Source of the DNA: an uncultured bacterium
GTDB lineage: Bacteria; Chloroflexota; UBA5177; JANWHV01
Direction of reading: 5' to 3'
Assembly: GCA_963729625.1 (NCBI GenBank)
Contig: CAVSOU010000010.1
Location: 800,001-864,000 of the forward strand
DNA: 64,000 nucleotides
The notes beneath the pieces were generated by a model. That model did not search any database. It was not told the DNA's origin and was given only the letters and a program-made list of their open reading frames with translations. Positions 38,822-49,372 of this stretch are shown here, in pieces; positions within the stretch are counted from its first letter, which is position 1, and each line of letters opens with the position of its first letter. The position numbers and the translations under genes were made by a program.

Positions 38822-41182
38822 CTAGCTAGCTTGCTCAGCAGGCTCAGCTTTCCTGCCGGTCCAGGCCGGCGTGGCAAGACTCACCGCGCCTGCCGCTATC
38901 GCCAACTCCAGCCCGCGCACCACGCGCGGATCAAATTGCGTGCCGCTGCACTCGAGAATCCGCCTTCTGGCCTCGGCCATGGAAAGCGCGGACCGGTACG
39001 GGCGGTCGCTGGTCATGGCGTCAAACGCATCCGCGACAGCAAGAATCGCCGCGTCCGAGGGGATCTGGTGCGCCTGCAAACCGTCTGGATAGCCGCGACC
39101 ATCCCAGTGCTCGTGATGGTGCCGCACTGACGGCAGTATCTCCTTCAGGAAGGGAACCGCGGACAGCATGCGTTCGCCGATGACCGGGTGCTGCTGGATA
39201 GCCGCGTATTCCACTGGTGTCAGCGTGCCCGGTTTTGTCAGGAGCACGTCGGCGACCCCGATCTTGCCGACGTCATGCAGCTGGCCAGCAAGCTGGATGC
39301 GAGCAATCTCCGTGCCGCCGAGGTGCAATGCATGCGCCAGGGCCGCGGCGTACAGGCCGACTCGCTGTGAATGCCCTTGCGTGTAGGGGTCCTTGGCGTC
39401 AACCGCCGCGGCCAGTGCCGCGACCGTAGCCATGTTGGCGTGCGCAAGCTGCTCGGCAAGTACAGCCGGGTCACGGTCGAGTCCAAGCACGACGTCCTCC
39501 GGTCGCGCGACGCGTCCCTTGCCCGCGTGCTTCGCCGCGTACGCAGCCTGATCGGCCGCTCGCAATAGCTCCTCCGCAGCCTTCCCATGCTCGGGTAGGG
39601 CGGCAACGCCAATGCTGGCTGTGAGGCGGACAGTAACAGGCCCTTCAACAACATGCAGAGCGGCGATCGCTTCGAGAACCCGTTGGGCAATCTCGAACCC
39701 CTGCTCGAGATTCGTTTCCGGCAGCAGCGCCAGGAACTCGTCCCCCCCGTAGCGCCCCACCACATCCATAGCACGTACACTCTCAGTCAATGCCCGAGCC
39801 ACCGACCTCAGCACTGTATCACCTGATACATGGCCGTACGTATCGTTGATTGCGCTGAAATCGTCGAGGTCGACCATCAGAAGTGAAGTGGGACGCCCGC
39901 CCCGATTTGCGCGCGCCACTTCCTCCTCGAGGCGACTCTGTACGGCCCGCCGGTTCAGCAGGTCCGTGAGGCTATCGTGGGCGGCCAATGCGAGCGCACG
40001 CTCGTGCAGGTAAGCGTTCTGTAACGCGATCGCTGCTTGCGTTGTCAGTATCGCCAGCACATCGCGATCCGCGCTGCCGACACTCTCTGAAACGCCGGAA
40101 ACAAGCAGCATCCCCGCAACGCCCTTACCGTCGGGCTCAATTGATGCGCGCAACTCGCTCGAGGAAGCCGGGGCGTCGCACGAAGCAGCTGCGAGCTCCA
40201 CGGGTCCCTCGGAGATGGCTTCCGCCGGAGCCAGCACGGCGCGCCGTAGCAGTCCAGGTTCCTCTTCATCCTGCAGATACCCTGTCACCGTCTCGGCGCC
40301 CAGAATGGTACGGGCAGCTTCCGCAACAGCCTTAAGAAGGTCCGCGCGGCTCAGCTGCAGCCGCAGACGTTGGCCGAGCGCAAGCACGGCCTCCAGTTGA
40401 CCACCGCGCCTGCGCAGGGCCTCCGCCCTTTCCTCGGCCCGCGCATTGGCCTTAAACGCTGCCCGCATCGCGGCGACTGGAGAGACAAGCAGCACCAGTG
40501 CCGCGGCATTGTACGAGCAGATGATGGCGGCCAGGACCCCAATGGACGCCGACCCCATCTCGGGAAGCAAGGTGTGGCGGAATGTCTGCATCCAAATCTT
40601 CAGAGGCGAGCCGTTGCCAAGGAGGGCCATCAAGCCAAGCATGATGCCAACGTCGAACACGTAGAACAGAACCACGACCACGGCCATGGCCGGGAACGCC
40701 GCGAGGAAGTCGTGGTGGATCAGATCGACTGGATGGAAGAACGCCGCGCAGATCTGGCCAGTGAGCCCAATAGCCAGCACAGGTTTCGTGACGTTGAAAG
40801 TGCGCTTGGTCAGCGCACTCCCCCGGCGATCCAGCTGGGACATAACCGTGGCGGCGAGCGCGATTATCATGGGCAATGGTGGAGCAAACAGGAACAGCGA
40901 TGACACATGCGCGGCCGTGCCAAGGTTCTGCCATACCTCGCCCCTGATTTGCAGCCAGGTGTGTTCGCACACTGCACTGAGCGCAACAAACGCCACAATC
41001 GCAAGAAGCGTCCGGCCATCGTAACCGGACGCTTTGCCACGCAGCAGCTGCTCCGCCTGATAGGTGAGGAGCATGAAGCAACTGGCGTGCAGGCCAATCA
41101 GGTAGAGACGCAATCCGCGCGGCATTCTCTGCACGTGTTTGCCCTTCCCGCGCCCAGCGCGCGGCTGCACCGTGACGATCAA
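38822..41182 (-). CDS. Membrane sensor (MASE9-like) + short GAF-like + GGDEF + HD-GYP protein
   Basis: About 7 TMs with E...KRTFN pattern; RAMD..RYGGDEF; DAKDPYTQGHS; HDVGKIG; HHEHWDGRGYP. Confidence 0.9.
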   Translation of the reverse strand: MIVTVQPRAGRGKGKHVQRMPRGLRLYLIGLHASCFMLLTYQAEQLLRGKASGYDGRTLLAIVAFVALSAVCEHTWLQIRGEVWQNLGTAAHVSSLFLFAPPLPMIIALAATVMSQLDRRGSALTKRTFNVTKPVLAIGLTGQICAAFFHPVDLIHHDFLAAFPAMAVVVVLFYVFDVGIMLGLMALLGNGSPLKIWMQTFRHTLLPEMGSASIGVLAAIICSYNAAALVLLVSPVAAMRAAFKANARAEERAEALRRRGGQLEAVLALGQRLRLQLSRADLLKAVAEAARTILGAETVTGYLQDEEEPGLLRRAVLAPAEAISEGPVELAAASCDAPASSSELRASIEPDGKGVAGMLLVSGVSESVGSADRDVLAILTTQAAIALQNAYLHERALALAAHDSLTDLLNRRAVQSRLEEEVARANRGGRPTSLLMVDLDDFSAINDTYGHVSGDTVLRSVARALTESVRAMDVVGRYGGDEFLALLPETNLEQGFEIAQRVLEAIAALHVVEGPVTVRLTASIGVAALPEHGKAAEELLRAADQAAYAAKHAGKGRVARPEDVVLGLDRDPAVLAEQLAHANMATVAALAAAVDAKDPYTQGHSQRVGLYAAALAHALHLGGTEIARIQLAGQLHDVGKIGVADVLLTKPGTLTPVEYAAIQQHPVIGERMLSAVPFLKEILPSVRHHHEHWDGRGYPDGLQAHQIPSDAAILAVADAFDAMTSDRPYRSALSMAEARRRILECSGTQFDPRVVRGLELAIAAGAVSLATPAWTGRKAEPAEQAS

Positions 41183-41480
41183 ACCATATTTTCGCTCCGG
41201 AAAGTATCACCCATGCAGGGGATCGGCCTGACTCGCCACGTCCCCATCCGCCCGACGACGATCCCACCAATACGAAGGGATGTGGCCGGCGAGGCACGAC
41301 TCGCCCCTGGGGCCGCTTGGTATTGCGGCAACAAGTACGCCCGTAGTATTGTGACGACAGGCAGTGGCGGCGCATCATTCGGGTCTGACTGGCCGCGCCG
41401 ATGCTCCGACAGGTCCTCTGCTGCGCCGCATCACGGCCCAGGAGTGGAGTGAGGGTTTAGTAGGGCGCCGGAGGAGAGCC

Positions 41481-43361
41481 ATGTACGAGCAGTTTGGCTA
41501 CTCATACCCTGAGACGGGGGACCAACGCCTGACCCTGTTTGTCCCGGACAACACGGTTGATCCCGCGCAGTATACTCGCGGAGGTCCGTGCCACATTCTT
41601 GACGTGCGCGTCATTGGGGACTTCCAGAGGCTCGTCAATCCGTCGGCGACGAATTGGGATGTTGCCTCAGGTCTGGTGATGGCCCAGACAACGGACCAGC
41701 ACGGCTACCTCTTCACCTATGTTTTCACCAAGCCACTGCCGGACGGATTCTACCAGTATCAATACGTCGTGCGGTTCGAAGATGCAAACGTCCCTGCGCG
41801 CATCGTCGGGGATCCCTGCACAAAGCATGGAGGCGAGTCGCACGACCGCTCTGCGTTCGTTGTCGGGCGCGCTCCCCTCAAACCGATGTCCCTGCCGAAC
41901 CGGCTGCCCTCGGAGGACCTGATCGTGTACGAGTTGATGATCGACGACTTCACGAACGAGTATCGCGGGAACCGCCCCGCCATCGACGCGGTGGTCGACA
42001 AGCTGGACGTGCTGCAGGCTCTCAACATCAATGCCATCGAGTTCATGCCGTGGATATCGTGGCCCGACGACGTCGCCTTCAGCTGGGGGTATGACCCGGC
42101 GTACTTCTTTTCAGTGGAATCCGCCTACGTATGCGATCCGAGCAATCGTGCGGACCGCCTCGGGCGGCTCGCAACGTTGGTCACCGAGTGCCACAGGCGC
42201 AACCTGCATGTCTTGCTGGATATTGTGCTGCAACACGCCCGCCAGGGTTCGGGAACAAACGGGTTCCCGTACTATTGGCTGTGGCAAGACCCGGCCGACT
42301 CGCCATTCATCGGGTCGTTTGTGCCGGTGAGCACGTACGGTATGCTGCCGCTCGACTACGACAACTTGTGCACGCAGCAGTTTGTCACGGACGTCTGCAC
42401 GTACTGGCTGCAGTGCTTCGCGCTCGATGGTTTCCGCTTCGACCAGGTGACAGGATATGACGTTCCCAGGTTGCCAACAGCGGGGGCGCCCAAGCTGGTC
42501 GCCGACTTGAAGCAGTATGCCCTGGGCCACGGGCTCGAGAACGTGACGCTTATCCTTGAAGACGCGTGGGACTTCACTGTGATTCAAGATGCGAACACGA
42601 TGCAGGCAACCGGAGCCTGGTTCGACCTGTTCCGTTCCTACCCGTTCGACGTGTACCACGGTTATGGCATTACAGGGCATGTCGATGCCGCGTACATGCG
42701 CGTCCTGAATGCGGCGCGCGACTTCGATGCTCCCATCTGCCCCACGATCTATATTGAGAACCACGACCACGCAACGGTCACCCACGTGCTTGGGTCACGC
42801 GACCGCTGGTACAAAGCGCAGCCTTATATGATCGCGCTTGCGACGTGTTCCGGCACCGTATTGATTCACAACGGCCAGGAATGGGGACAGGTTGAAGATC
42901 TGTGGGAGGACGATTCCCAGGCCCCGCCCCAGATGAAACGCGTCCAGTCACGACCCCTGCGTTGGGCGGAGAGCGGAGATACAATTGGCCGGACCATCGT
43001 GGGCCGGTTCAGTTTGCTCCTGGGCCTCAGGCGCCTGCACAAAGGGCTCCGCTCACCGAACTTCTATCCAGACTACTATGACGAAGGCTGGCACAATTTC
43101 TCGCCGGAAGGGTACGGAGTCGACGAGCAGCGGCAGGTGATAATCTACCACCGGTGGGGAGAAGCCGACGATGGTGGGCTGGAGAGATTCGTGGTCGTGC
43201 TGAACTTCTCAGATGCGACACAACCCGTGGAGATCCCACTGCCGGCAAACGGCGCGTGGAAGGACCTCCTCAACGGCAACACGGTCGTGCAAACCACGGA
43301 CTACCGCCTGCACAACTATCCGGTTTCCGCGAATTGGGGCTGCCTGTTCTGGCAGAAATAG
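41481..43361 (+). CDS. GH13 alpha-amylase family protein (branching-enzyme/trehalohydrolase-like)
   Basis: LIVYEL, AIEFMP, SWGYDP, LDGFRFD, YIENHD; RBS GGAGGAG. Confidence 0.88.
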   Translation: MYEQFGYSYPETGDQRLTLFVPDNTVDPAQYTRGGPCHILDVRVIGDFQRLVNPSATNWDVASGLVMAQTTDQHGYLFTYVFTKPLPDGFYQYQYVVRFEDANVPARIVGDPCTKHGGESHDRSAFVVGRAPLKPMSLPNRLPSEDLIVYELMIDDFTNEYRGNRPAIDAVVDKLDVLQALNINAIEFMPWISWPDDVAFSWGYDPAYFFSVESAYVCDPSNRADRLGRLATLVTECHRRNLHVLLDIVLQHARQGSGTNGFPYYWLWQDPADSPFIGSFVPVSTYGMLPLDYDNLCTQQFVTDVCTYWLQCFALDGFRFDQVTGYDVPRLPTAGAPKLVADLKQYALGHGLENVTLILEDAWDFTVIQDANTMQATGAWFDLFRSYPFDVYHGYGITGHVDAAYMRVLNAARDFDAPICPTIYIENHDHATVTHVLGSRDRWYKAQPYMIALATCSGTVLIHNGQEWGQVEDLWEDDSQAPPQMKRVQSRPLRWAESGDTIGRTIVGRFSLLLGLRRLHKGLRSPNFYPDYYDEGWHNFSPEGYGVDEQRQVIIYHRWGEADDGGLERFVVVLNFSDATQPVEIPLPANGAWKDLLNGNTVVQTTDYRLHNYPVSANWGCLFWQK

Positions 43362-43540
43362 GCGTCGCGTCTCACGCGTTGCGTCAATCCGTGGACTGAC
43401 GCCAGTGTCGACACCAAGAACCCCAACCGTGGCCGCGCTCACGCCATGGATAGATCCCGCAGAGCCGAAAGGGCCCTGTCGCGGCCACACCAGTTGCAGC
43501 CGTGACGGGGCCCTCCAGCGCCCAGGGCTGAGTGCTTCGC

Positions 43541-43726
43541 TTACCTCGCGTTCTTGCACGGCTGAGTCGTGGCAGCCCTACCGGTCGTCACGCCGGTCGT
43601 CGCAGCGACCGAAGACGTGGGCGTCGCAGCCGAAGTGCTCGACGCGGCATGAGCCGCTGCTGTGATCACGCTCCCGCCGGCAATGCCGCCCGCCAGCGTA
43701 ATGAGCCAGAGATATCGTCGAACCAT
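43541..43726 (-). CDS. Small secreted Ser/Thr/Ala-rich peptide ending PCKNAR
   Basis: Signal peptide with AHA site; RBS AGGGAG. Confidence 0.6.
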   Translation of the reverse strand: MVRRYLWLITLAGGIAGGSVITAAAHAASSTSAATPTSSVAATTGVTTGRAATTQPCKNAR

Positions 43727-43848
43727 GTGCTGCTCCCTGTTCTATTGCATACGGAACCGTATGTAATCAGCATAGGTACGACACCTAAGAGCCCGCTAAG
43801 GCGACAATTAAAACAAGATTAGCAAGTGTTAAGAGTTCTTAAGTTGGT

Positions 43849-44226
43849 TCACGTAGCTGGCTTGTACGCCGTGTACTTTCGGGCGCTCCCGCGTGCGAGG
43901 TCGGCCGGATACTTCATTGTATTGGTCTCCAGTTTCGCACTCACGACCTCGCAAACATCAACCCCCAGCTGGTTGGCCATACTGAAGCACAGAATCAAGA
44001 CGTCCGCCAGCTCCTCGGTGATTTGGGCGCGTGTCTCTGGCTCGGTCAGTGCCTGCTCCGCCTCCTTCGCGGACTTCCACAGAAAGGGTTCCATGAGTTC
44101 AGCGGCCTCGATCGCGATTGCAGAAGACAATTCCTTGGGAGTGTGAAACTGCTCCCAGTCGCGCTCGTGCACAAACGCGCGCACACATTCGCGCAAGGCT
44201 TCAATGGTCGAGTCCGCGTCTTTCAC
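43849..44226 (-). CDS. MazG-like nucleotide pyrophosphohydrolase
   Basis: ERDWEQFHTPKEL, EAAELME, EELADVL, KYP. Confidence 0.9.
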   Translation of the reverse strand: MKDADSTIEALRECVRAFVHERDWEQFHTPKELSSAIAIEAAELMEPFLWKSAKEAEQALTEPETRAQITEELADVLILCFSMANQLGVDVCEVVSAKLETNTMKYPADLARGSARKYTAYKPAT

Positions 44227-44698
44227 AGTTATCCCCTCACTTACTCTACGTTCAGTGTACGAGGCCGTCCCGGCAACTGCGCACCAGCTCTTCGGCGGCC
44301 TTCGCCGCGCCCGCGGTTCTGTGCTCGTCCCCAAAGTGTAGCCGGAGCAGAAAGCCTTCGGCGCCGCCAGTGCGCAGAGCCGCCCGGTGTAACGAACTGT
44401 GCCCGGCAGATCGGATCCTCCGCGTCAACGAGCGCGGGACGTGAAGCCTGCATCTGGAATCCGACGCCGCTGCCCTGAGATCCTCATAGAGTCGCCACTC
44501 TTGTTCAGTCTCGAGCAAGAGCTCGCCCACGATGCTGGCTCGCGCAAGCGCAAACGCGGAGGTCCAACGAGGGCTGTGGTGACCCTTCTCTGCTGTGCCG
44601 GCTAAGCTTGCCAAGCTGCCAATTAAAACAGAGACAGCGCCCGGCAACTGTCGTCGCCGAGCGCCGCCCCGACACCTCCGTGTCAGACCCGCCAAATA

Positions 44699-45136
44699 CT
44701 ACATGGCGCCCGGCACCACGACGGCCCACCAAACGCCCGCCACACCCTGTCCGTTGATGTCTCCGGGCTTCTTGTCGTTGGCGAACGTGTAGAGAGCAGC
44801 ACCATCGTAGGTGAGCTGATCCCCGCCGCCGGCAAGCATGATCTCCCCGAAAGTACCGGGGACGCCGGCCATCTTCGCCGGTGCCATCACGCCCTTGGCC
44901 AGCAGAACGGGCGGCCAGAACTTCGCGCACTGTCCCGTACAGGTACTCTTTCCCTTGGCGTCCTTGGCAAAGACATACAGCGTCATACCCTGGGCGTTGA
45001 CCAGGATGTGGGCCGCTGCCGTCTTGACCGGCGCGGCCACGGCACCGCTGCGGGTGCCGGCATTCACTCCGGACACCGCCGCGATCAGCAATAGCGGGAC
45101 AGCCAGCAACCACAAAAGACGATATGACTGCGCCAT
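44699..45136 (-). CDS. Exported COG4315-type protein with Yx(FWY)xxD repeats
   Basis: GMTLYVFAKD, CTGQCAKFWPP, QLTYDG.ALYTFAND, GQGVAGVW. Confidence 0.85.
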   Translation of the reverse strand: MAQSYRLLWLLAVPLLLIAAVSGVNAGTRSGAVAAPVKTAAAHILVNAQGMTLYVFAKDAKGKSTCTGQCAKFWPPVLLAKGVMAPAKMAGVPGTFGEIMLAGGGDQLTYDGAALYTFANDKKPGDINGQGVAGVWWAVVVPGAM

Positions 45137-45455
45137 TGTGTACCTCCACTTGCCACTGAGCGCCGGACCACACGCCGGAATACGTCAGCTACGGCTTGCC
45201 TGAAACCAGCGTACACTCCCACATTGTTACTTTCTAGACGGTTCGCTATCAGGCTGTCAGGGGCGCCCACGGCTACCAGTGGCAGATTACGAGAAGACTC
45301 AGCATTCGGCCTGCGGAGCAGCGCGCGGCGGTGCTAGTATGGGGGAAGCAACACCTGCGTGGTCGGTTAGTTGGGAGAACCGCCGATTTGGTGACTTGTG
45401 CCGGGTCGATGCCCCTTAGGCCGTACCGCCGCGACATCGAAAAGAGAGGGAGATA

Positions 45456-45866
45456 ATGGTCAAGCTCATTGTGATCCGTGGACTCGTGGCTGTCCTGGTC
45501 GTTGCCGCCGGAGCGGTGGCATATGTAGCCTTCGCCGGGCCGGACGTGACGGTGAGCGCTCCCGGATGCGGCACCATCAACCCACCCAGCCTCGTATCGC
45601 TCGCCTGGAACTCCACGCCTGACGGCGGCGTCGCCAAGGTGCCTCCGTTTTCGGTGCAGGTCGACGCTTCACCGCAGAACGAGCAGCTAAAAGTGACCGT
45701 GAAGGGTCCCGTAGGCATTTCGACCACCTTCGACATCGGGGGCAACGTCGCGCTTGTCACTGTCGACGGGGCGACGCTGTTCAGGCGCCCGGACCTGTTG
45801 CATACATCCATGACCGTCGACCTGGGCAAGACCAAGCACCACTACGTGGTCGCCGTGTGCCGTTAA
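45456..45866 (+). CDS. Hypothetical exported or membrane-anchored protein
   Basis: N-terminal TM; beta-rich body with two Cys; RBS GAGGGAG. Confidence 0.6.
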   Translation: MVKLIVIRGLVAVLVVAAGAVAYVAFAGPDVTVSAPGCGTINPPSLVSLAWNSTPDGGVAKVPPFSVQVDASPQNEQLKVTVKGPVGISTTFDIGGNVALVTVDGATLFRRPDLLHTSMTVDLGKTKHHYVVAVCR

Positions 45867-45968
45867 GCCCGAACATCCATCGGTGGCCTGCAGGCGTTTC
45901 GAAGCGTGCCCGTGGGGACCACGCCTCGACCATTCTTGGCCGGGAGACCAAAGCGAGGCGGCCGGCCT

Positions 45969-45998
45969 GCGGCGCCTTAACGGCGCCGCGCTTTCTCT
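45969..45998 (+). terminator. Hairpin with pyrimidine tail
   Basis: GCGGCGCC-ttaac-GGCGCCGC followed by GCTTTCTCT. Confidence 0.45.
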
Positions 45999-46129
45999 GG
46001 GGCATTTCGGCCCTGCGAGGTCGGGACCTTCGACTCTCCCAGGGCGCCGAGATTGGATCCAGCATAGTCCAATGGCATTCCGCGCCAAGCTGCAATGGCG
46101 TAGCTGAGCGGACCGATCGGAGGAACAGT

Positions 46130-48616
46130 ATGCACACACTTTCGCGACGGACGTTTCTCGGCGCCAGCGCGAGTGCTATCGGGGGCATAATGCTCGCCGA
46201 TCGCCTGCGCTTCTTCGAGACTGCCACGGTGGCGAACGCTGGCGAGCTTGCCGCCCAGTCGACAGAGCTGGTGTTCCGTACCGGCCACTCCAATAACTGT
46301 GACGGCGCCTGCGGACATTTGATACACGTTATCGACGGACGCGTGTCCATGGTCGAGCCTGCGTCCTGGGAGACCACCACTATCGCCGGACAGGCGGCAC
46401 CGACGTATAACCCGCGAATATGCCTGCGCGGACTGAGCCAGATTTCCAACACCTATAGCCCGGACCGCATCAAGTACCCGTACAAGCGAGTGGGGGATCG
46501 GGGTGCCGGCAAGTGGCAGCGGATAAGCTGGGACGAGGCGACGGCGACAATCGCCACAAAGTTTGGAGAGATTCAGAAGAAGCACGGGCCGACCTCGGTG
46601 TGGATTGCACCATACACCGGATCGCTCAGCCTGATCGAAGGCGTGGTTGGAGCGGGCTTCCGCTTCGCCAGCGTGATCGGCGCCTCCGCCGGTGACTTCG
46701 AAGGCGACAACGAGGGCGACAGCGCTACGCCTGCCGGCTGGAACTACGTGCTGGTCGATCCGGCCAACAAGGCAAACGGCGGCGGGTTCTTCGATGGTCA
46801 CGAATCGGTCGATTTCCTCAACGCGAAGGCCATCATCCTGTGGGCCAACAACGTGGCCGAGACGTCGATACCCGACTGGCGTATCATGCTGGACGCGCGC
46901 GACCAGAATGGCGCTCGGCTGGTCTCCATCGACCCGCGCTTCACCCCGACGTCTGCCGCCTCCGACGAATGGCTGCCAATCCGCCCGGGGGCGGACACGG
47001 CGCTCGTCGACGGCGTCATCAACTACGTGTTGGCACACGACATGTATGATGCCGGTTACCTGCGGCAGTACACTGTTGCTCCGTATCTGGTCAATGCCAG
47101 GACCAAGAAGTGGCTGCGCGAAAAGGACGTCGCATCCGGCGGCAAAGACGACTACGTGGTGTACGACCTGGCGGACAAGAAGCTCAAGGCGGCCGGCGAC
47201 AAGTCGCTGAAGAATCCTGCCGTGCTCGGCACCTACGAGGCGGCCGGAATGCAATGCCGCACAGCACTGCAGGTGCTCGCGGATACGATGGCTCGCTATA
47301 CGCCCGAGTACACGGCATCGCTTACCGACATCGCGGCCGAAAAGGTCGTCGCCCTGGCCGAGCTCTGGGGAAGCACGCATCCGGTCGCCGTCCGTGCCGG
47401 CTTCGGCCTCTCGCACTGGCATCGCGGCGACCTTACGATGCAGGCTCTGCTCACCCTGCAGGCGATCACCGGAAACATCGGCGTGCATGGTGGTGGCGTG
47501 ACCACCTTTGCCGGCGGCCTCACGACCACGGCGTTCGACCTGGCAAACTGGTGGGCGCCGGCCGGAAAGACGTTCACGGTTCTGGAGCCGATGGACGCGT
47601 GCAGCGCCATGCTTGAGGGCAAGCCGTTCCCGGTACGCGCTGCCTGGTTCATGATCGACAACTTTGCCCAGCAGATGTCCGACCGCAACAAAGTGATAAA
47701 GGCCTTGAAGTCGTTGGACTTCATCGTGGTCTCCGACTACGTGATGTCGGCTACAGCCGAGCTGGCGGATATCGTGTTGCCCGCCTGTACATATGTTGAA
47801 AAGACCGATCTCCTGTCTTCCAACAACTTCTATTTGCAGTACATGCCGAAGATTATCGAGCCACTGTTCGAGTCGAAGTCCGACCTTGATGCCATCAAGC
47901 TTGTCGCCCAGAAAATGGGGGTGGGCAAGTACTTCGACAAGACGCCGGATGAGTACCTCAAACAGCTCCTGCACATCGGCGATCCTAAGGCCGACAGCAA
48001 TGTCGTGGGACTGACGTGGGAGCAGGTCACCAGCGGCAAGGCGGTGCACTTGAACACCAAGACTGTGCCGTACGTGCCGTTCTCGGACAAGCAGTTCCCA
48101 TCCAAGTCGGGCAAGATTGAATTCTACGTGGAGATGCTGGTGCCCTTCGACCAGGAGGTTTGCGACCACAAGGAGCCGATCGAAGCCTCGCCAAGCAATC
48201 CGCTCTACAAGAAGTACCCGCTGGTCTTCCTCAGCACGCACACGCGTTTCCGCACGCATTCCCAGTATGTGAATCTCCCTTGGCTCAAGGAGATCAACAA
48301 TGGCGGCGACGGCTTCCTGGAAATCAACCCGGTGGATGCCGGAGGCCGTAGCATCGGCGATGGCGACGTCGTGCGCATCTTCAATGACCGGGGCGACATG
48401 AAGGTGAAGGCGCGCCTGACTGAGGGAATCAAGCCCGGAGTGGTGAACTGCTACCAGGGCGGCTGGGACACCATCCAGGTCAAACACTATATCGAAGGGC
48501 ATCCAAACAACCTGACGCACCAAGTCGCTAACCCAGCACAGGCGCTCATCCCGAATTTCCCGTCGAACGCCGCCTACTACGACTGCCTGGTGCAGGTCGA
48601 GAGAGTTGGAGGCTGA
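46130..48616 (+). CDS. Tat-exported Mo/W-bis-PGD oxidoreductase catalytic subunit (DMSO reductase family)
   Basis: SRRTFL Tat motif; HSNNCDGAC; ICLRG; RISWDEA; IDPRFT; ADIVLPA; HSQY; INPVDA. Confidence 0.92.
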   Translation: MHTLSRRTFLGASASAIGGIMLADRLRFFETATVANAGELAAQSTELVFRTGHSNNCDGACGHLIHVIDGRVSMVEPASWETTTIAGQAAPTYNPRICLRGLSQISNTYSPDRIKYPYKRVGDRGAGKWQRISWDEATATIATKFGEIQKKHGPTSVWIAPYTGSLSLIEGVVGAGFRFASVIGASAGDFEGDNEGDSATPAGWNYVLVDPANKANGGGFFDGHESVDFLNAKAIILWANNVAETSIPDWRIMLDARDQNGARLVSIDPRFTPTSAASDEWLPIRPGADTALVDGVINYVLAHDMYDAGYLRQYTVAPYLVNARTKKWLREKDVASGGKDDYVVYDLADKKLKAAGDKSLKNPAVLGTYEAAGMQCRTALQVLADTMARYTPEYTASLTDIAAEKVVALAELWGSTHPVAVRAGFGLSHWHRGDLTMQALLTLQAITGNIGVHGGGVTTFAGGLTTTAFDLANWWAPAGKTFTVLEPMDACSAMLEGKPFPVRAAWFMIDNFAQQMSDRNKVIKALKSLDFIVVSDYVMSATAELADIVLPACTYVEKTDLLSSNNFYLQYMPKIIEPLFESKSDLDAIKLVAQKMGVGKYFDKTPDEYLKQLLHIGDPKADSNVVGLTWEQVTSGKAVHLNTKTVPYVPFSDKQFPSKSGKIEFYVEMLVPFDQEVCDHKEPIEASPSNPLYKKYPLVFLSTHTRFRTHSQYVNLPWLKEINNGGDGFLEINPVDAGGRSIGDGDVVRIFNDRGDMKVKARLTEGIKPGVVNCYQGGWDTIQVKHYIEGHPNNLTHQVANPAQALIPNFPSNAAYYDCLVQVERVGG

Positions 48617-48620
48617 TGCA

Positions 48621-49355
48621 ATGACCGCGAGCAAGACCCAGAACCCTCAAACCCCTCACCACGCGATGGTGATCGACCAGAACCGTTGTGTCGGCTGCTG
48701 GACCTGCGCGGTGGGATGCAAGGAAGTCAATAACGAGCCCCTCGGCTACTGGTGGAATCGCGTGCTGACGACCGCGCCAAACGAAACGACCACGGCGTCC
48801 GCTCCGGCAAGCAATTCGATCGACGTGCCGCGCGGCGTGTTTCCTAATGTCGAGCTGGCATATCTGCCGGTCGCATGTCAGCACTGCGAGGACGCTCCGT
48901 GCGTCAAGGTGTGTCCGGTGCAGGCCACGTACCGCCGTGATGACGGCACTGTTTTGGTCGACTACGACCGGTGCATCGGTTGCCGCTATTGCATGGCTGC
49001 GTGCCCCTATGGTGTGCGTATTTTCAACTGGGGCGGCGCAACCTACGCGGCTGGTGGCACAGTCGGCTACGGCAAAGACTACAGCAGCGACGGGCGGCAC
49101 GTATTCACGCCTGAACGACCGCGCGGCGTGGTCGAGAAGTGCACATTCTGCGTCGAGCGGATCGATGCCGGTCAGGAACCGTTCTGTGTAGCAGTGTGTC
49201 CCATCGGCGCGCGCGTCTTCGGCGACCTCAACGACTCCGAGAGCACGGTGAGCAAGCTTGTCGAAGGTGGTGCCGTACAGCTGCATCCTGAGCTTGGAAC
49301 CAAGCCGAACGTCTACTATGTGCCTGTCCGCAAGCGTGTTGCGGAAGAGAGCTGA
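48621..49355 (+). CDS. Four-cluster Fe-S subunit (DmsB/NrfC type)
   Basis: CVGCWTC..GC, CQHCEDAPCVKVCP, CIGCRYCMAACPY, KCTFC...PFC..VCP. Confidence 0.93.
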   Translation: MTASKTQNPQTPHHAMVIDQNRCVGCWTCAVGCKEVNNEPLGYWWNRVLTTAPNETTTASAPASNSIDVPRGVFPNVELAYLPVACQHCEDAPCVKVCPVQATYRRDDGTVLVDYDRCIGCRYCMAACPYGVRIFNWGGATYAAGGTVGYGKDYSSDGRHVFTPERPRGVVEKCTFCVERIDAGQEPFCVAVCPIGARVFGDLNDSESTVSKLVEGGAVQLHPELGTKPNVYYVPVRKRVAEES

Positions 49356-49372
49356 ACGGGAGGGAACAGGCG

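Noticed and set aside
45867-46129. Moco riboswitch upstream of the Mo-oxidoreductase
   Set aside because: Hairpins present but I could not match the Moco consensus; needs an Infernal/Rfam scan
45977-48634. 885-aa minus-strand ORF
   Set aside because: Antisense shadow of the Mo-oxidoreductase caused by high-GC codon bias; no motifs
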